Below, piece after piece: positions 10,300 to 21,238 of a DNA stretch of 64,000 bases. A program made the position numbers and the translations under genes. The notes below the pieces were generated by a model. The model saw only the letters and a program-made list of their open reading frames with translations, did no database searches and was not told where the DNA came from. The number at the start of each line of letters is the position of its first letter. Positions within the stretch are counted from its first letter, which is position 1. The stretch lies in assembly GCA_963837175.1 (NCBI GenBank), contig CAWIMJ010000022.1, forward strand, positions 1 to 64,000, written 5' to 3'. Source of the stretch: an uncultured Nitrososphaeraceae archaeon (GTDB lineage: Archaea; Thermoproteota; Nitrososphaeria; Nitrososphaerales; Nitrososphaeraceae).

Positions 10300-10971
10300 T
10301 TATCGAACTACTGCAGGACTATTTATCACTATATTTGTCTTTGCAATTGTTAGCTCACCGTTTTTTTGAGCAGCCATTATTTCATCAACAGATTTTAATT
10401 CTCTTACACTAACAGTAGATGTAAAAGAAGAATTGGAATTCCACTTTACAAAGTTTAGCTGAACTAGTGGAGTGTAATTTTTATCTCCAGGCAATGCGCT
10501 TGCAATTGGAAGTTGGAATCCAAAGGATCCTTCTCCTCTAACACCATTTATGAATTCATAACCTTGTTGACGGGTTGATTCTAGAGACAACGCTAAAGCT
10601 GGGGCAAAATTTACTTTAAATCCTGGATTTTTGGTTATCGAAGCAGCAGTTTGATTATCAGATGCATCAGTTGCGATAAAAAATGCAATTTTACCATTTA
10701 CATATCCTTTTGCTAGAAATAAAGATATAGAGTTTGGTGTATTTTTAGTATTTATAGTATTGTTGGTGGTAATAGTAGACGACGACGACGATGAAGATAT
10801 ATTATTATTATTATTTTGGACTTGAGCAATACTATTTTGTTGTACCATATAGAGCATGATTATTATTAATATGGTGATTAATAGAAATATTGCAATTGTA
10901 GTTACAATTGACAATGCTACTGACCCTTCCTTCTTTTTCTCTTTCATCTTAAATATAAGAGAGTGACACAA
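10300..10971 (-). CDS. Conserved exported protein of unknown function
   Basis: TM, N/S/T linker, then FIATDASD, GFQ..I....PGD.NYTPL, INSP. Confidence 0.7.
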   Translation of the reverse strand: MCHSLIFKMKEKKKEGSVALSIVTTIAIFLLITILIIIMLYMVQQNSIAQVQNNNNNISSSSSSSTITTNNTINTKNTPNSISLFLAKGYVNGKIAFFIATDASDNQTAASITKNPGFKVNFAPALALSLESTRQQGYEFINGVRGEGSFGFQLPIASALPGDKNYTPLVQLNFVKWNSNSSFTSTVSVRELKSVDEIMAAQKNGELTIAKTNIVINSPAVVR

Positions 10972-11181
10972 ATTTATAAATCATAAATGAGAATAATAAT
11001 TGTAAATCTATAATATACTCTTCTTTCTATATTTTCATGTTCAAAGAGATTAAAAAGTATGGTCTTATTGATAAAATAATGATAATAATAATGGCAAATC
11101 TTAAAAATGATGTCAAATTTGATTCAGGAGGTGAATGTAAAGGTGTATGTATATGTAAATGTATATGTATGTATATGTATG

Positions 11182-11472
11182 TGTATATGTGCTTCTAAAT
11201 ATGATACTTCAACAACATTCTACACTCAAAACTTTAACAAGAATCAACAACCGCAGCGTCCGTGTAAATAAAACCTCTGATTAAAATACATCCGCCTTCT
11301 TTTTTAGAATACAGAGTGACAAATAGTTTATCTATGATTCATTAAGTTTCATTTGTATGCTATCAAGTTTACCTAACATACATTAGCAGTAATAACAGAC
11401 TGAATTTATTATCTATCCCGCAATACTTTTGGGTGGCATATTTGAGTCAAATCTGTCCTGCATTCCACCGCA
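11182..11472 (+). repeat. Copy 1 of a ~290-bp direct repeat ending in an att-like motif
   Basis: About 90% identical to 19978-20270 by manual alignment. Confidence 0.9.
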
Positions 11473-11669
11473 TATGTCAAATCTGTTCTGGATGCTAGCT
11501 AATCCATGATGTTAGCAATGAAAAGTAAGTAACTAATAGATGACATGTAATCTATTAGGTTCATGGTAAAAACTAACTTTTATTATTATTATTATTATAT
11601 TATAACAGTTGAGTGGAAATAGATTTCCATTCCTGCTGTTGATTGATTGATGCAAATGACAAACATGGC

Positions 11670-12137
11670 TCAGGATTGGGCCCTCAACTGTTCCATCAAT
11701 GACATCATATCTACCAGATTCCAACGCTCTATGCATTTTGTATCACGAAAAGAAAATACTGTCATACCATTGACTCTGAATTGTTTATTGGTTGGCTGAA
11801 GATCCATAAATTCACCTTTGTGTGTGCCAGTTAGGTTATATCTGCATGCAACCTTGTTTCCTTCGATAATGATATCCTCAAACATAATTCTTATATCAGG
11901 AAATGCTTTCCACAGAAGATAAATGAACTGTTTAAAACCTTCCTTGTTGGTTGGAAGATTAGGAGGAAAACCATGAATTATCAAGGAATCATCATAAAAA
12001 TCAAAATAAGATGATTCTCTATTCTGAGGATTGTTAAACGTGTCTGCCAGTTTACGCACAACTTCTCTTAAAGGTTCAACTGATGACATTATTGAGATGT
12101 GTATGGCTATTTTAATAAGTTTTTCCGACGCCTGCAT
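11670..12137 (-). CDS. SnoaL-like ester cyclase (second paralog)
   Basis: AFPDI...EGNKVA.R...TGTHKGEF...PTNK...ERW. Confidence 0.88.
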   Translation of the reverse strand: MQASEKLIKIAIHISIMSSVEPLREVVRKLADTFNNPQNRESSYFDFYDDSLIIHGFPPNLPTNKEGFKQFIYLLWKAFPDIRIMFEDIIIEGNKVACRYNLTGTHKGEFMDLQPTNKQFRVNGMTVFSFRDTKCIERWNLVDMMSLMEQLRAQS

Positions 12138-12254
12138 TGAATTCCAAGATGACTAAAGGATTATTACGGATAAGTTAAAAGGAGATACCTATGATTTATG
12201 AAGAATAGGTTTTACCACCACGGCTAGTCTGTTGTCAGTTGCGGCGGGAAAAAT

Positions 12255-12283
12255 GAGTTAAATCCGTCCTGAATCCCACCGAA
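12255..12283 (+). repeat. Dispersed att-like motif copy
   Basis: gagttaaatccgtcctgaatcccaccgaa, compared with 11444-11472 and 20242-20270. Confidence 0.7.
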
Positions 12284-12570
12284 CCCGTAAAAACCTTGAC
12301 CTGTAGAGTTAGAATAGTATGAGGCAGCACTAGAATATGTACATCCAGACTGAGACTCAAAACATGAATAAAGATATTCTATGTACGGACAATCTATAAT
12401 CCAATTGTCGTGCAACAAATTGATAAAATATGTCTCTATTATCATTCTTATGAATGACTTTACTATATATGCTGTTTGAAGTCCTTACATAGAACTAGTA
12501 GATATATGCCATAACAATTGATAAAAAGAACCTTTTTTTATCTTATCTAATAAAATAGGATAGCAAACAT

Positions 12571-13302
12571 TTGAAGACTAAGAAAAGAACTACTACAACA
12601 ACAACAAGAACAAAATGGCAAATACATGCATATTTTCTGGATGCTTGTAATTGTGATTGGGGATGTCCTTGTCAATTTAACGCTAATCCTACCCATGGTA
12701 ATTGTGAAGGAGTTGCAGGATACCATATAGTAAGTGGTAGTTATGGGAGTAGTGATGATGTTAAATTAGATGGACTTAATATGGCATTGATTGCTTCTTG
12801 GCCTGGTCCTATTCATGAAGGTCATGGAAAAGCATCATACTATATAGACAACAGAGCAGATGAAAAACAGTTTGAGGCCTTATCAAACATTATTACAGGT
12901 AAAGCAGGAGGAGGACCATTTGCTATTTATGGAAGTACAATAGAAGAATTTCAGAAACCCAAAAGAGCAAGTGTAAAGTTTCAGACTAAGGATATAAGAA
13001 GTCGTGTTGTTGTTGCATTAGCAGCAGCAGGAGCAAGAAGAGAAGGACAGAATAAAAAAAGAAGAAGAATAGAGCAGTCTACTAAAGAAGATACTATTGC
13101 TGCAGAGGCATGGCTTGAACCTATTAGAAATCCAGTAACAGGTAAAGTTCATAGAGCAATAATTGAAATACCTGAAGCCTTTGAGTCCAGCAGAATGGAT
13201 CAAGCATCTATAAAAAAACTTGTTGCAAATGATGGTTATCTTAACTTTCAATATCAAGGCACATATGGAAGTTTTTCAGAAAATGTTTGGAAAGGACCAT
13301 AA
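12571..13302 (+). CDS. DUF1326 family metal-binding protein
   Basis: ACNCDWGCPCQF...PTHGNC, WPGPIHEG, GKAGG. Confidence 0.85.
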   Translation: MKTKKRTTTTTTRTKWQIHAYFLDACNCDWGCPCQFNANPTHGNCEGVAGYHIVSGSYGSSDDVKLDGLNMALIASWPGPIHEGHGKASYYIDNRADEKQFEALSNIITGKAGGGPFAIYGSTIEEFQKPKRASVKFQTKDIRSRVVVALAAAGARREGQNKKRRRIEQSTKEDTIAAEAWLEPIRNPVTGKVHRAIIEIPEAFESSRMDQASIKKLVANDGYLNFQYQGTYGSFSENVWKGP

Positions 13303-13579
13303 TAAACATTAATTGCATTAAATAATTATTACTATTATTATACTCCACATGAAATAGCATTTAGAATACAGATAATATGCAGAAACAAAGACTTTATTAA
13401 TTGATAATAGTTAGGATTTTCTCAAAGGATAATATCCAGATATCTTTCCTTGGAACCAGGCTTTAAGAAATTAAGCTTCAATGGAGTAGTATATAGAGAA
13501 TGTATGACTTTAAGAAAGACTTATTTCTTTCCTGCATTTTCTAATTGATGTGAACCCTGACAAAAAAAAACTACGAACT

Positions 13580-13604
13580 GAGGGTTCGAATCCGACCCGG
13601 CCCA
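13580..13604 (+). other. tRNA 3'-end fragment (T-loop plus acceptor strand), att-site relic
   Basis: gagggTTCGAATccgacCCGGCCCA with no 5' tRNA half; about 85 nt upstream of the integrase relic. Confidence 0.6.
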
Positions 13605-13689
13605 TTTTGATAACGATGCTTATTTACTGCCTACTTCAATAACACCTTGAAAACACTTGGCATTATCACATAGTGTGAAGAAGAAGGTC

Positions 13690-14053
13690 ATCCATTGTCC
13701 CCCTTCCTTTATGCTTTAAAAGCTCCAGAAATAAAGAGACAGTATTAAAGACGATTAAAGGTATTTCTGGATATCCTCAAGCTTGACAGTAATGGAACAA
13801 CAATCCAATGATTTTAGAAAAAAACAAAACAAACCTACAATGGGCCCAGAGTTCTCTTATGCAATTTATAGCCTTTCAGAAGCAAAGAGTAAGGAAGGGT
13901 AAAATACCGTATTCTACTATTGCCAATTATTACAAAGTGACAAAGCTATTTGTAGAAAAGAACAGTGATGATTCAATTATTAATTGGAAGAGAATAACAT
14001 GCAATTTCTTCATGTTGGTAAAATTCTTTATCATAGCCTTGAAAGAAAGATGA
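13690..14053 (+). pseudogene. N-terminal relic of a Nitrososphaeraceae-type tyrosine integrase
   Basis: PLSPFLYALKAPEIKRQY*RRLKVFLD, then WAQSSLMQFIAFQKQRV..G.I..STIANYYK..KLF.E.N....INWKRIT; stops and frameshift, no catalytic domain. Confidence 0.7.
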
Positions 14054-14260
14054 ATGAATGAATGTCCTTTTGCTTAAGATGAGGAGCTAATCTAATCTGA
14101 GTTAATGCCTTACTGATAGGTAATTGTAAATATAGAGAGAAAGAAAAAGATACAAGCATTATCTTTAGCAAAGGTTACAGATCACGATTGTTTAACTAAC
14201 GAATATAATAAAATGAAGGGTCATAATTCTTAAATATAATAATTTTGCGAAACATATGAA

Positions 14261-15344
14261 ATGAGTGAACAAGTAAAACAAAATATTAATCAAAATAAAA
14301 TCCAAGAATTTATGAATAAAGCAATAGGGGATATAGCAAGCAGCTCTAGTACTATGCTTATAATTCTTGGCGAAAGACTTGGCTTCTATAAATCAATGGC
14401 GCAAGCAAATGGCCCAATTTCAGCCGAAGAACTAGCAAATAAAACTGGGACGGTGGAAAGGTTGGTAAGAGAATGGTTAGCCAATCAGGCAGCAAGTGGA
14501 TATATAGAGTATGATCCTAGCAGCAGAAAATATAGATTACCCCCAGAACATGCTTTAGCATTAGCTGATGAGAACAGTCCCATATACATACACGGTATTT
14601 TTAAAGCTATAAAATCGTATTTTAAAGATGAAGAAGAATTTTTAAAGATGTTTAGAGGCGAAAGGACTTTTTCATGGATGGATCATAATCCATTTATGAC
14701 AGAGGGATTTGCTGAATTCTTCAAAGCTGGTTATACTGGCAACTTGAGTTAATTCATGGATTCCAGCAGTGGATAACGGAAAAGTTCTTGAAAAATTACA
14801 AAAAGGTGCCAAAGTAGCAGATGTTGGTTGTGGGTTTGGTATTACTACTGTGATGATGGCAAAAACGTATACAAATTCTAGCTTTACAGGGTTTGATTTT
14901 CACAAAGAATCAATTCAAAGAGCAAATGAACTTGCAAAAAGAGAGAATCTAAATAATGTAAAATTTGAAGTGTCATCAGCATCAGAATTTCCTGGCAATG
15001 ATTATGATTTTGTAACGTTTTTTGACTGTCTACATGATATGGGAGATCCTCAGGGAGCATTAACTCATACAAAAAGCGTTATCAAAAAAGATGATGGTAC
15101 TTGTATGATTGTAGAACCTTTTGCACAAAATGAATTAGAAAATAACTTAAATCCAGTAGGTAGAATATTTTATGCTGCCTCTACGCTAATATGCGTTCCA
15201 AACTCCTTAGCTTTTAACGGACCTGCACTAGGTGCACAAGCAGGAGAAAATAGAATAAAAGATCTAGTGAACAAGAGCGGTTTTTCGCACTTCAGAAGAG
15301 TCCTAGAGACACCAATAAATATAATCTATGAATCTAAACCTTGA
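14261..15344 (+). pseudogene. HTH plus class I SAM-dependent methyltransferase (Rv2258c-like), one frameshift
   Basis: ERLVREWLANQAASGY, VADVGCGFG, FFDCLHDMGDP. Removing one A near 14747 restores NLVNSWIPAVD. Confidence 0.8.
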
Positions 15345-15481
15345 CTTTTTTATTATTTCTTTTAACAATGCTCTTCTTTTAGATATACTGCTATATACTA
15401 TGATTCAGATTGCAAACTATTACTATCATTAGATAGGAAGTGGGTTGTACATATAACATCTCCTTTTCAGTTGCAAATGTA

Positions 15482-15502
15482 AGTCAAATCTGTCCCGCAT
15501 TC
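15482..15502 (+). repeat. Dispersed att-like motif copy (partial)
   Basis: agtcaaatctgtcccgcattc. Confidence 0.6.
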
Positions 15503-15807
15503 AGTCCTAATGGATCTAGATTATTATTTTTAGATCATATTAAATAAATGGTTCTACTGGCTTAACAGATCATCAGATATAAATAGCTTTTATTTTTTTT
15601 CATCTGAATATAAGTGGAATTGAAATATACCATTAACAGGACGTTATGAATTATCTTCTGCTTCTCAAAAGGATGGAAGTTCAAATGTACTCAGATTTAC
15701 TTTTATTATTAGCATATTTACTCTTCACAGCAGTGGCAGATTTGCTAAAAGAATAGGAAAATTTCTTTTTCTCAAGCTTTATAGCTCAGTTTACCTTATG
15801 GTTCTAG

Positions 15808-17119
15808 CTAGTGCCACTTTTGCATATGTTCTTTGTGGGTAGTCAAATATGCTGCTTCAGGTTTGAAGTAATGGTTATAGAAGTCTAAGTCAATATGCTG
15901 AGCCTGTATATACATATCCAGAAATATGCTTGGAATAGTAGCAGGGAATTTACCATAGGTATCGTAAATATACTGTGCTTGCAAAGCTACACATTCTTTG
16001 AACTCCTCGCTATAAGGCTTAGCACTAGCTCTAACCTTTGGACTATCACTCCATGCACCAGGAGTATTTGGATTATATACTCCACCTTCACCAAATTTTC
16101 TTTTGGCAAGTGCCTCTACTGCTTCCCTCATATTTTTATAATGAGGAGGACAATATCCTTCAAATACACCAGGCAATCCTGTAGGATTTGGTATTGACCA
16201 CCGTTCTTTATCCATGTCAAATCTAAAACCGAGGCCTGGAACATTTGGATCTCCACTAGCACCTAGTACCTGAAAGTCTATTAACTCCATCATACATCCA
16301 TCCTCCAAGACCCATTGTCTGGAGCATCAAAACTGCAGCATAACATGAACTAGAAAGCTCTGTTGTCAGCATAGATAAACAATATTGTTCTATAAATGTA
16401 AGGGGAAAGCTATTGTTTACATCCACTATATTGCTAAACTTCTCAATTCCAGGTATTGGTTTTTTTGATATATCATCGTAAATGGGAAAACCAGTTTGAG
16501 TTAATAAACACATAGAAGACAAAGTATGTTGGGCCAAGTCGCCAACTGGTATAATCAAAGTAGAGCCTTCGTGGTTAGCTATCCAACTATTATGTCCAAA
16601 CATATGCGGTTCTTGTTTTGGAATATATAGCCTTTTATCAGATAATTTCTGTATCCTTCCCTTGTGTAATGCAAGAAACTCTTCTAGGTTTACCTTACCA
16701 TCCTCTATTTCTAATGGAGGATGGAAATCACGTGTTGGAAAGAAGTATATGCCACTATCGTCTGTATAGAATATCTCTGATGTTGTAAAGGCTGCTGCAG
16801 AAGGAGAAGTACGACCAACAGGACTATTACAATAGTTAGAAAGATATGGCGCATATCCTTTGTGTCGCATAATAGCAAAATGCCAACCAGTTGCTCCACC
16901 CATAGTTGATAATACTAGAAGCTGCTCTATTTCACTTAGAGGCATAGCTTTGTGTTTTGATTTAAAAGCAAGTACACCATCTGGGATTTCAGCACCCATA
17001 CAAAATCTTCTAGAACGTCTTCCCGCTATAGCTTCCATCAACGGAAACTTTAATAGATCATTTAGTGTTTCAGCAAGTTTTACACTAATGCCTAAAGATT
17101 CTTCAGATTTGTTCATCAA
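15808..17119 (-). pseudogene. Nitroreductase-fold-like conserved protein, one frameshift
   Basis: AIAGRRSRRF, RTSPSAA, LQTMGLGGW. Removing one G near 16269 restores RLSVLGASGDP. Confidence 0.7.
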
Positions 17120-17660
17120 TTCATCTAGCTTGATATGATTATTAAATACAACATGTCCTTAGCACACTGCAGTTGTTGTCAAAGTCATTGGAAAAGCTGA
17201 CTAGTCATCAGAAAAGATAAACAAAATACCTCCACTATAAATAAAGGAGAACTGCAATGGTGGAGACACTGCAACGATGAGTGGAGATACTATTTGTTAA
17301 CACCTCCATTAAAACAAGCTCAAATCAGGCTCCTTTTGACAAAATAAGCAAAAGTGGAGATGGTGGATATAGTGAGATATCTTCTGATTTGTATGCCGCT
17401 ACTGTTATTTTTCATTTCTTGTCTACAATTCCTTCAACGCCTGCAACTATAACAAGTAATTTAAATGGTTTTTCGCCTTAAACTGTCTTTATATCATCAA
17501 GTAATGATGCTGATGATGTACTAGTTATTGAAAATAATGTTGTTACCACAAAAAGAAACACTAAAGAGGATTTTCTTTCTCTGGATATTCAAAGTCATTT
17601 TGAAATAGACAAGTCTACCGTTAGTATCTATCGTTACTAATAAATGTAAACAATTGCAGC

Positions 17661-18083
17661 TTGAGGCATGAAAGTTTCAGACGTAGAAAGAGAGCATATA
17701 ATTCATGCAAAGAAATTGCCAAAGTCAGTTTTGAGTGGTTCTTAAAGTCTTATCTTAATAGAAATATTCCAAATTGGGGCGAAGAAATAACTCCAGAAGG
17801 TATGCACATATCACCACATAAATTATCAGATCCTACAATTGAAGGCTTTAACGATGCGGTACAAAAGTTTGCTGGAGCTTTCATAATGGGTTTTTGTGAG
17901 TCACTTTCTAGCACATCAGAGGACATAGGACGGAAAACAAAATACAATGGACATAATTTCACTTATCAGAGAATAGTTGAAAGATCAAATAGCACTATAA
18001 CTGTATTGTATGAATGCACAGAGTGTGGGCTTTGGCGGTTAGAGGAAAACCAAGTGATTGTGGAGATTAAATCTAAAAAATAG
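17661..18083 (+). CDS. Hypothetical protein
   Basis: 140-aa ORF with a C-terminal YECTECG. Confidence 0.45.
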   Translation: MRHESFRRRKRAYNSCKEIAKVSFEWFLKSYLNRNIPNWGEEITPEGMHISPHKLSDPTIEGFNDAVQKFAGAFIMGFCESLSSTSEDIGRKTKYNGHNFTYQRIVERSNSTITVLYECTECGLWRLEENQVIVEIKSKK

Positions 18084-18459
18084 AACACCTTTTTAGGATA
18101 TCGCCTTCTAGTATTCAATTAGTAAAAACTGTTATGTACTAATACCACAGGCATTAGGACTCATACATTAAGGAACTATCCAGCCAAATTACTATATGAG
18201 ACTCTTATTTTCATAGAATATCTAACATTTGATCTCTAACAATCAAGATACTATACCCTAATTACCTGTTAGGGAGTTCCGGTTATATTGGTGATGAATA
18301 TGACAGTTCGCATATACATATTGTATACCATGTTAATAAGAGAAGTCTAGATTGTATATGTTTTATAGATTTTTTTGATTACCAAAAATATCGAATTTCA
18401 AATGGCAGATACACAAACAAGTGTTTGACAATTTCAAAAAAAGGAAGGGGTACACAATA

Positions 18460-19134
18460 TTAGTATTTTAGTGTTTGATTAAATGTTCCTGACTGTGTCT
18501 CTGTTTCCGATGTTACAGTTGTATTCACCATGAATGGATGCTGCACCTGTTCTACTTGCGGCGGGAATACTGGAGCTTTGTCATTTGGATTCCATGTTAT
18601 TATGACCTTACCGTATGACTCTGTCAGTTTCTTTAAGGTAGCATTTTGCTGCTGCTCACTTAACTGTGGAAACTTGGGATTAGCTCTATTAGGTGCAAAC
18701 TCCTCTTTATGATAATGCCAGTTTGGCTTTTCTCTATCAGGTAGATTCTTGTATGCATCTGTCGTAATCATATATTCTACTCCTATGAGAGTTGCATTTG
18801 GGGAATTGCTATCATAGAGTTGGCATACCATCATTATCTTGTCATTGGGTTTGCAGAAATGCCATACCCTTAGAGTGGGGTCGTCAAAGACGTGTCTTAT
18901 TGCTGTTAAAGGGCCTGTTGGGGGACCACCAAATCCTTGAGTAGTAGTATTCTGTGTAGCATTCTGAGCTTGCTGTGCAAAAGAAATCATAGGTGCGGCT
19001 ACTATTACTATCATCAATACAATTAGTCCAAAGGGTAGGGTTGCTCTGCTAAACCTGGTGCTTGTTTTTGTACTATCGTTTATTCGTATGATCAGCGTAT
19101 TGATTTGCATTACACAATATATAAAATCATGCAT
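18460..19134 (-). CDS. Exported DUF1264 (OBAP-like) protein
   Basis: HFCK, CQLYDS...ATLIGVEY, EK..WHYH. Confidence 0.8.
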   Translation of the reverse strand: MHDFIYCVMQINTLIIRINDSTKTSTRFSRATLPFGLIVLMIVIVAAPMISFAQQAQNATQNTTTQGFGGPPTGPLTAIRHVFDDPTLRVWHFCKPNDKIMMVCQLYDSNSPNATLIGVEYMITTDAYKNLPDREKPNWHYHKEEFAPNRANPKFPQLSEQQQNATLKKLTESYGKVIITWNPNDKAPVFPPQVEQVQHPFMVNTTVTSETETQSGTFNQTLKY

Positions 19135-19360
19135 AATCGAAAGTTTCTAATTAGCCGACGCATAAAGTCAAACTATAGTCATTGGTGATCAATGTTATAC
19201 TACTAAAGTGCAAGCTGCCGCTGCTGTAAAATAGAGTAAATATCTCTCTTACATTCCACCCTGACCTGCTCAAATTCTAATAGCTGCAAATACCAATTTC
19301 ATATACTTCAGGAATATCTAGAAGATTAATGTAAATGCCTTGCATTAAAAAATCTTACCT

Positions 19361-19811
19361 ATGAATAACCAATCTAAAAACAACTTTGTGGTATTAGCGG
19401 TAGCGATAGGCAGCAGTTTTCATAGCTAGTGCCATGCTTCTAACAACAGAAGCAGATGTTAAGAAAAAAAGTGGATTAGTAGAGGAACTAATTCTCAGAG
19501 CACTTATAGCTACATCTGGTGACAATGTCTACATAACATAGTGGAGTAACAAGACAGAAAATGAGGAAGTAATGTTTAGAGCATCAACAGACAATGGAGA
19601 TACATTTGGAGATAAAATAAACCTAAGTAATACAACTGCAGCTGATTCAGATGATGCAGAGATAGCAGCATCTGGAGATAGTGTGTATGTAACATGGTGG
19701 GAGAGAAATGAAACAAGTGATACACCAGTAGCAAGAGTTAGTAATGATAATGGAGATACATTTGGACCATTATTGGTGCTTGCTACTAATGGTACTATTG
19801 AAGGAGGATAA
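19361..19811 (+). pseudogene. Disrupted exported BNR/sialidase-like repeat protein
   Basis: IATSGDNVYIT*WSNK..VMFRASTDNGDTFG Asp-box repeats; TAG at 19539-19541 plus an upstream frameshift. Confidence 0.75.
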
Positions 19812-19977
19812 GAAGAATAAGAATAAGAAGAAATCAATCTTTTTTCCTTTGCAATAAAGTCAATCAGACAAACCTAATAGTCTGTTGATGGCTGCAGCAG
19901 CGTAGAAAAATCGGTCGATGATATGTTACTTATAGATGGTAATAATATAAGATATTGTTATACTATTAAAAGAAGTT

Positions 19978-20270
19978 TGTATACGTGCTCCTCAATATGA
20001 TACTTCAATAACATCCTATACTCAAAACTTTAACAAGAATCAATTACAACGGCAGTGTCTTTATAAATAAAATCTCTGATTAAAGTACATCCTCCTTCTT
20101 TTTTAGAATACAGAGTGACAAATAGCTTATCTATAATTCATTAAGTTTCATTTGTATGCCATCAAGTTTACCTAACATATATTAGCAGTAATACAGATTG
20201 AATTTATTACCTATCCAGCAATACTTTTGGGTGGCATATTTGAGTCAAATCTGTCCCACATCCCACCGAA
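19978..20270 (+). repeat. Copy 2 of the ~290-bp direct repeat
   Basis: Matches 11182-11472. Confidence 0.9.
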
Positions 20271-20368
20271 TTCGGACCAACATATAGCCACCCATTGTAT
20301 CTCTAAAGATTAAGCAAGACCTCAAAATTATGTCAAATTTGGTTTAGACCTTTGGACCTCATTTCAAC

Positions 20369-20399
20369 GTCAATTCTGTTCTGAATCCGACCTGGCCCA
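20369..20399 (+). repeat. Hybrid att-like motif (repeat arm joined to tRNA 3' end)
   Basis: gtcaattctgttctg followed by aatccgacctggccca. Confidence 0.6.
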
Positions 20400-20788
20400 G
20401 AGCGAATGATGATGAAATGCACCTAGATATTATGATGATGGTGTTGAATTAACGGCGTATTGTAACGCTGCAAATTCTCGTGGAAAATATTGGATTATCA
20501 AAAGATCAAAAGATTCTAATTCATGGCGGTCCAGCCGCACCTGAGCCACCTCGGGCATCGTAGCCTTCCGCTAGGAGACCGCAGATATTTTGTGACTGAG
20601 AAGTTTCTATATTCTGATTCAACAGGTCTACTTGCGATCCCAAGGTCCCGTGTTGTGTACTCCTATATCACATTATCAGCTATAAACGATCCGCTGCATA
20701 TAGCTGCATAAATACTACAATAACACGATTTGCTATTAGCTACAATATGACAATATCGAAACATAATCAGACTAGATTACTACTATGA

Positions 20789-21238
20789 TTACCTGACTGC
20801 TAATACAGGACAATGAGCATAACTTATAATATTATTTGCAACACTTCCCAAAAGAAAACGTTTCAAGCCAGTCATGCCTTTAGTACCTACCACAATAAGA
20901 TCAACATTATTCTTTTTTGCATAATCGATTATTGTAGCAGCACAAGAGGATGCTACAATAATTGCCTTATCTACTTTTACCTCTTCTTTATCTCCCAACA
21001 ACTCAGCCTCACTGAGTAGCTCGTCGGCTTGTTTTCTTAATTCCTCTTCAGTAGCTTGAATCTGATCTCCCATATAATTACCATAAGCATCAGGTGCTGG
21101 CACAAGAGTAGATTTGTCAATCACATGTATTGCTATTATTTCTGCATCAAGTGGTTTTGCCAAGGATATTGTAAAAGTGATTATTCTTTCTTTATAACCT
21201 GATCTATCAATTGCCATCAATATTTTTTTTACTACCAA
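20789..21238 (-). CDS. Universal stress protein
   Basis: KILMAID, DLIVVGTKG...LLGSVANNIISYAHCPVLAVR. Confidence 0.93.
   Translation of the reverse strand: MVVKKILMAIDRSGYKERIITFTISLAKPLDAEIIAIHVIDKSTLVPAPDAYGNYMGDQIQATEEELRKQADELLSEAELLGDKEEVKVDKAIIVASSCAATIIDYAKKNNVDLIVVGTKGMTGLKRFLLGSVANNIISYAHCPVLAVR

Noticed and set aside
11141-11190. (TATG)n tract as a Cys-rich peptide gene or CRISPR
   Set aside because: Simple microsatellite without spacers or a credible ORF.
13540-13604. Complete tRNA gene
   Set aside because: Only the T-loop and 3' acceptor strand are present, the T-stem is mismatched, and there is no D or anticodon arm.
19539-19541. Amber read-through (pyrrolysine)
   Set aside because: TAG replaces a TGG (Trp) codon, the gene has another frameshift, and no pyl genes are in view.
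11444-20399. Dispersed ~29-bp repeats as a CRISPR array
   Set aside because: Spacing is irregular (30 bp to several kb) and there are no cas genes.
20523-20711. GC-rich foldable segment as a riboswitch or ncRNA
   Set aside because: Stems (gcggtc/gaccgc) exist but match no RNA family I recognise. The minus strand reads like a protein tail (EGYDARGGSGAAGPP*), so it is probably a gene remnant.
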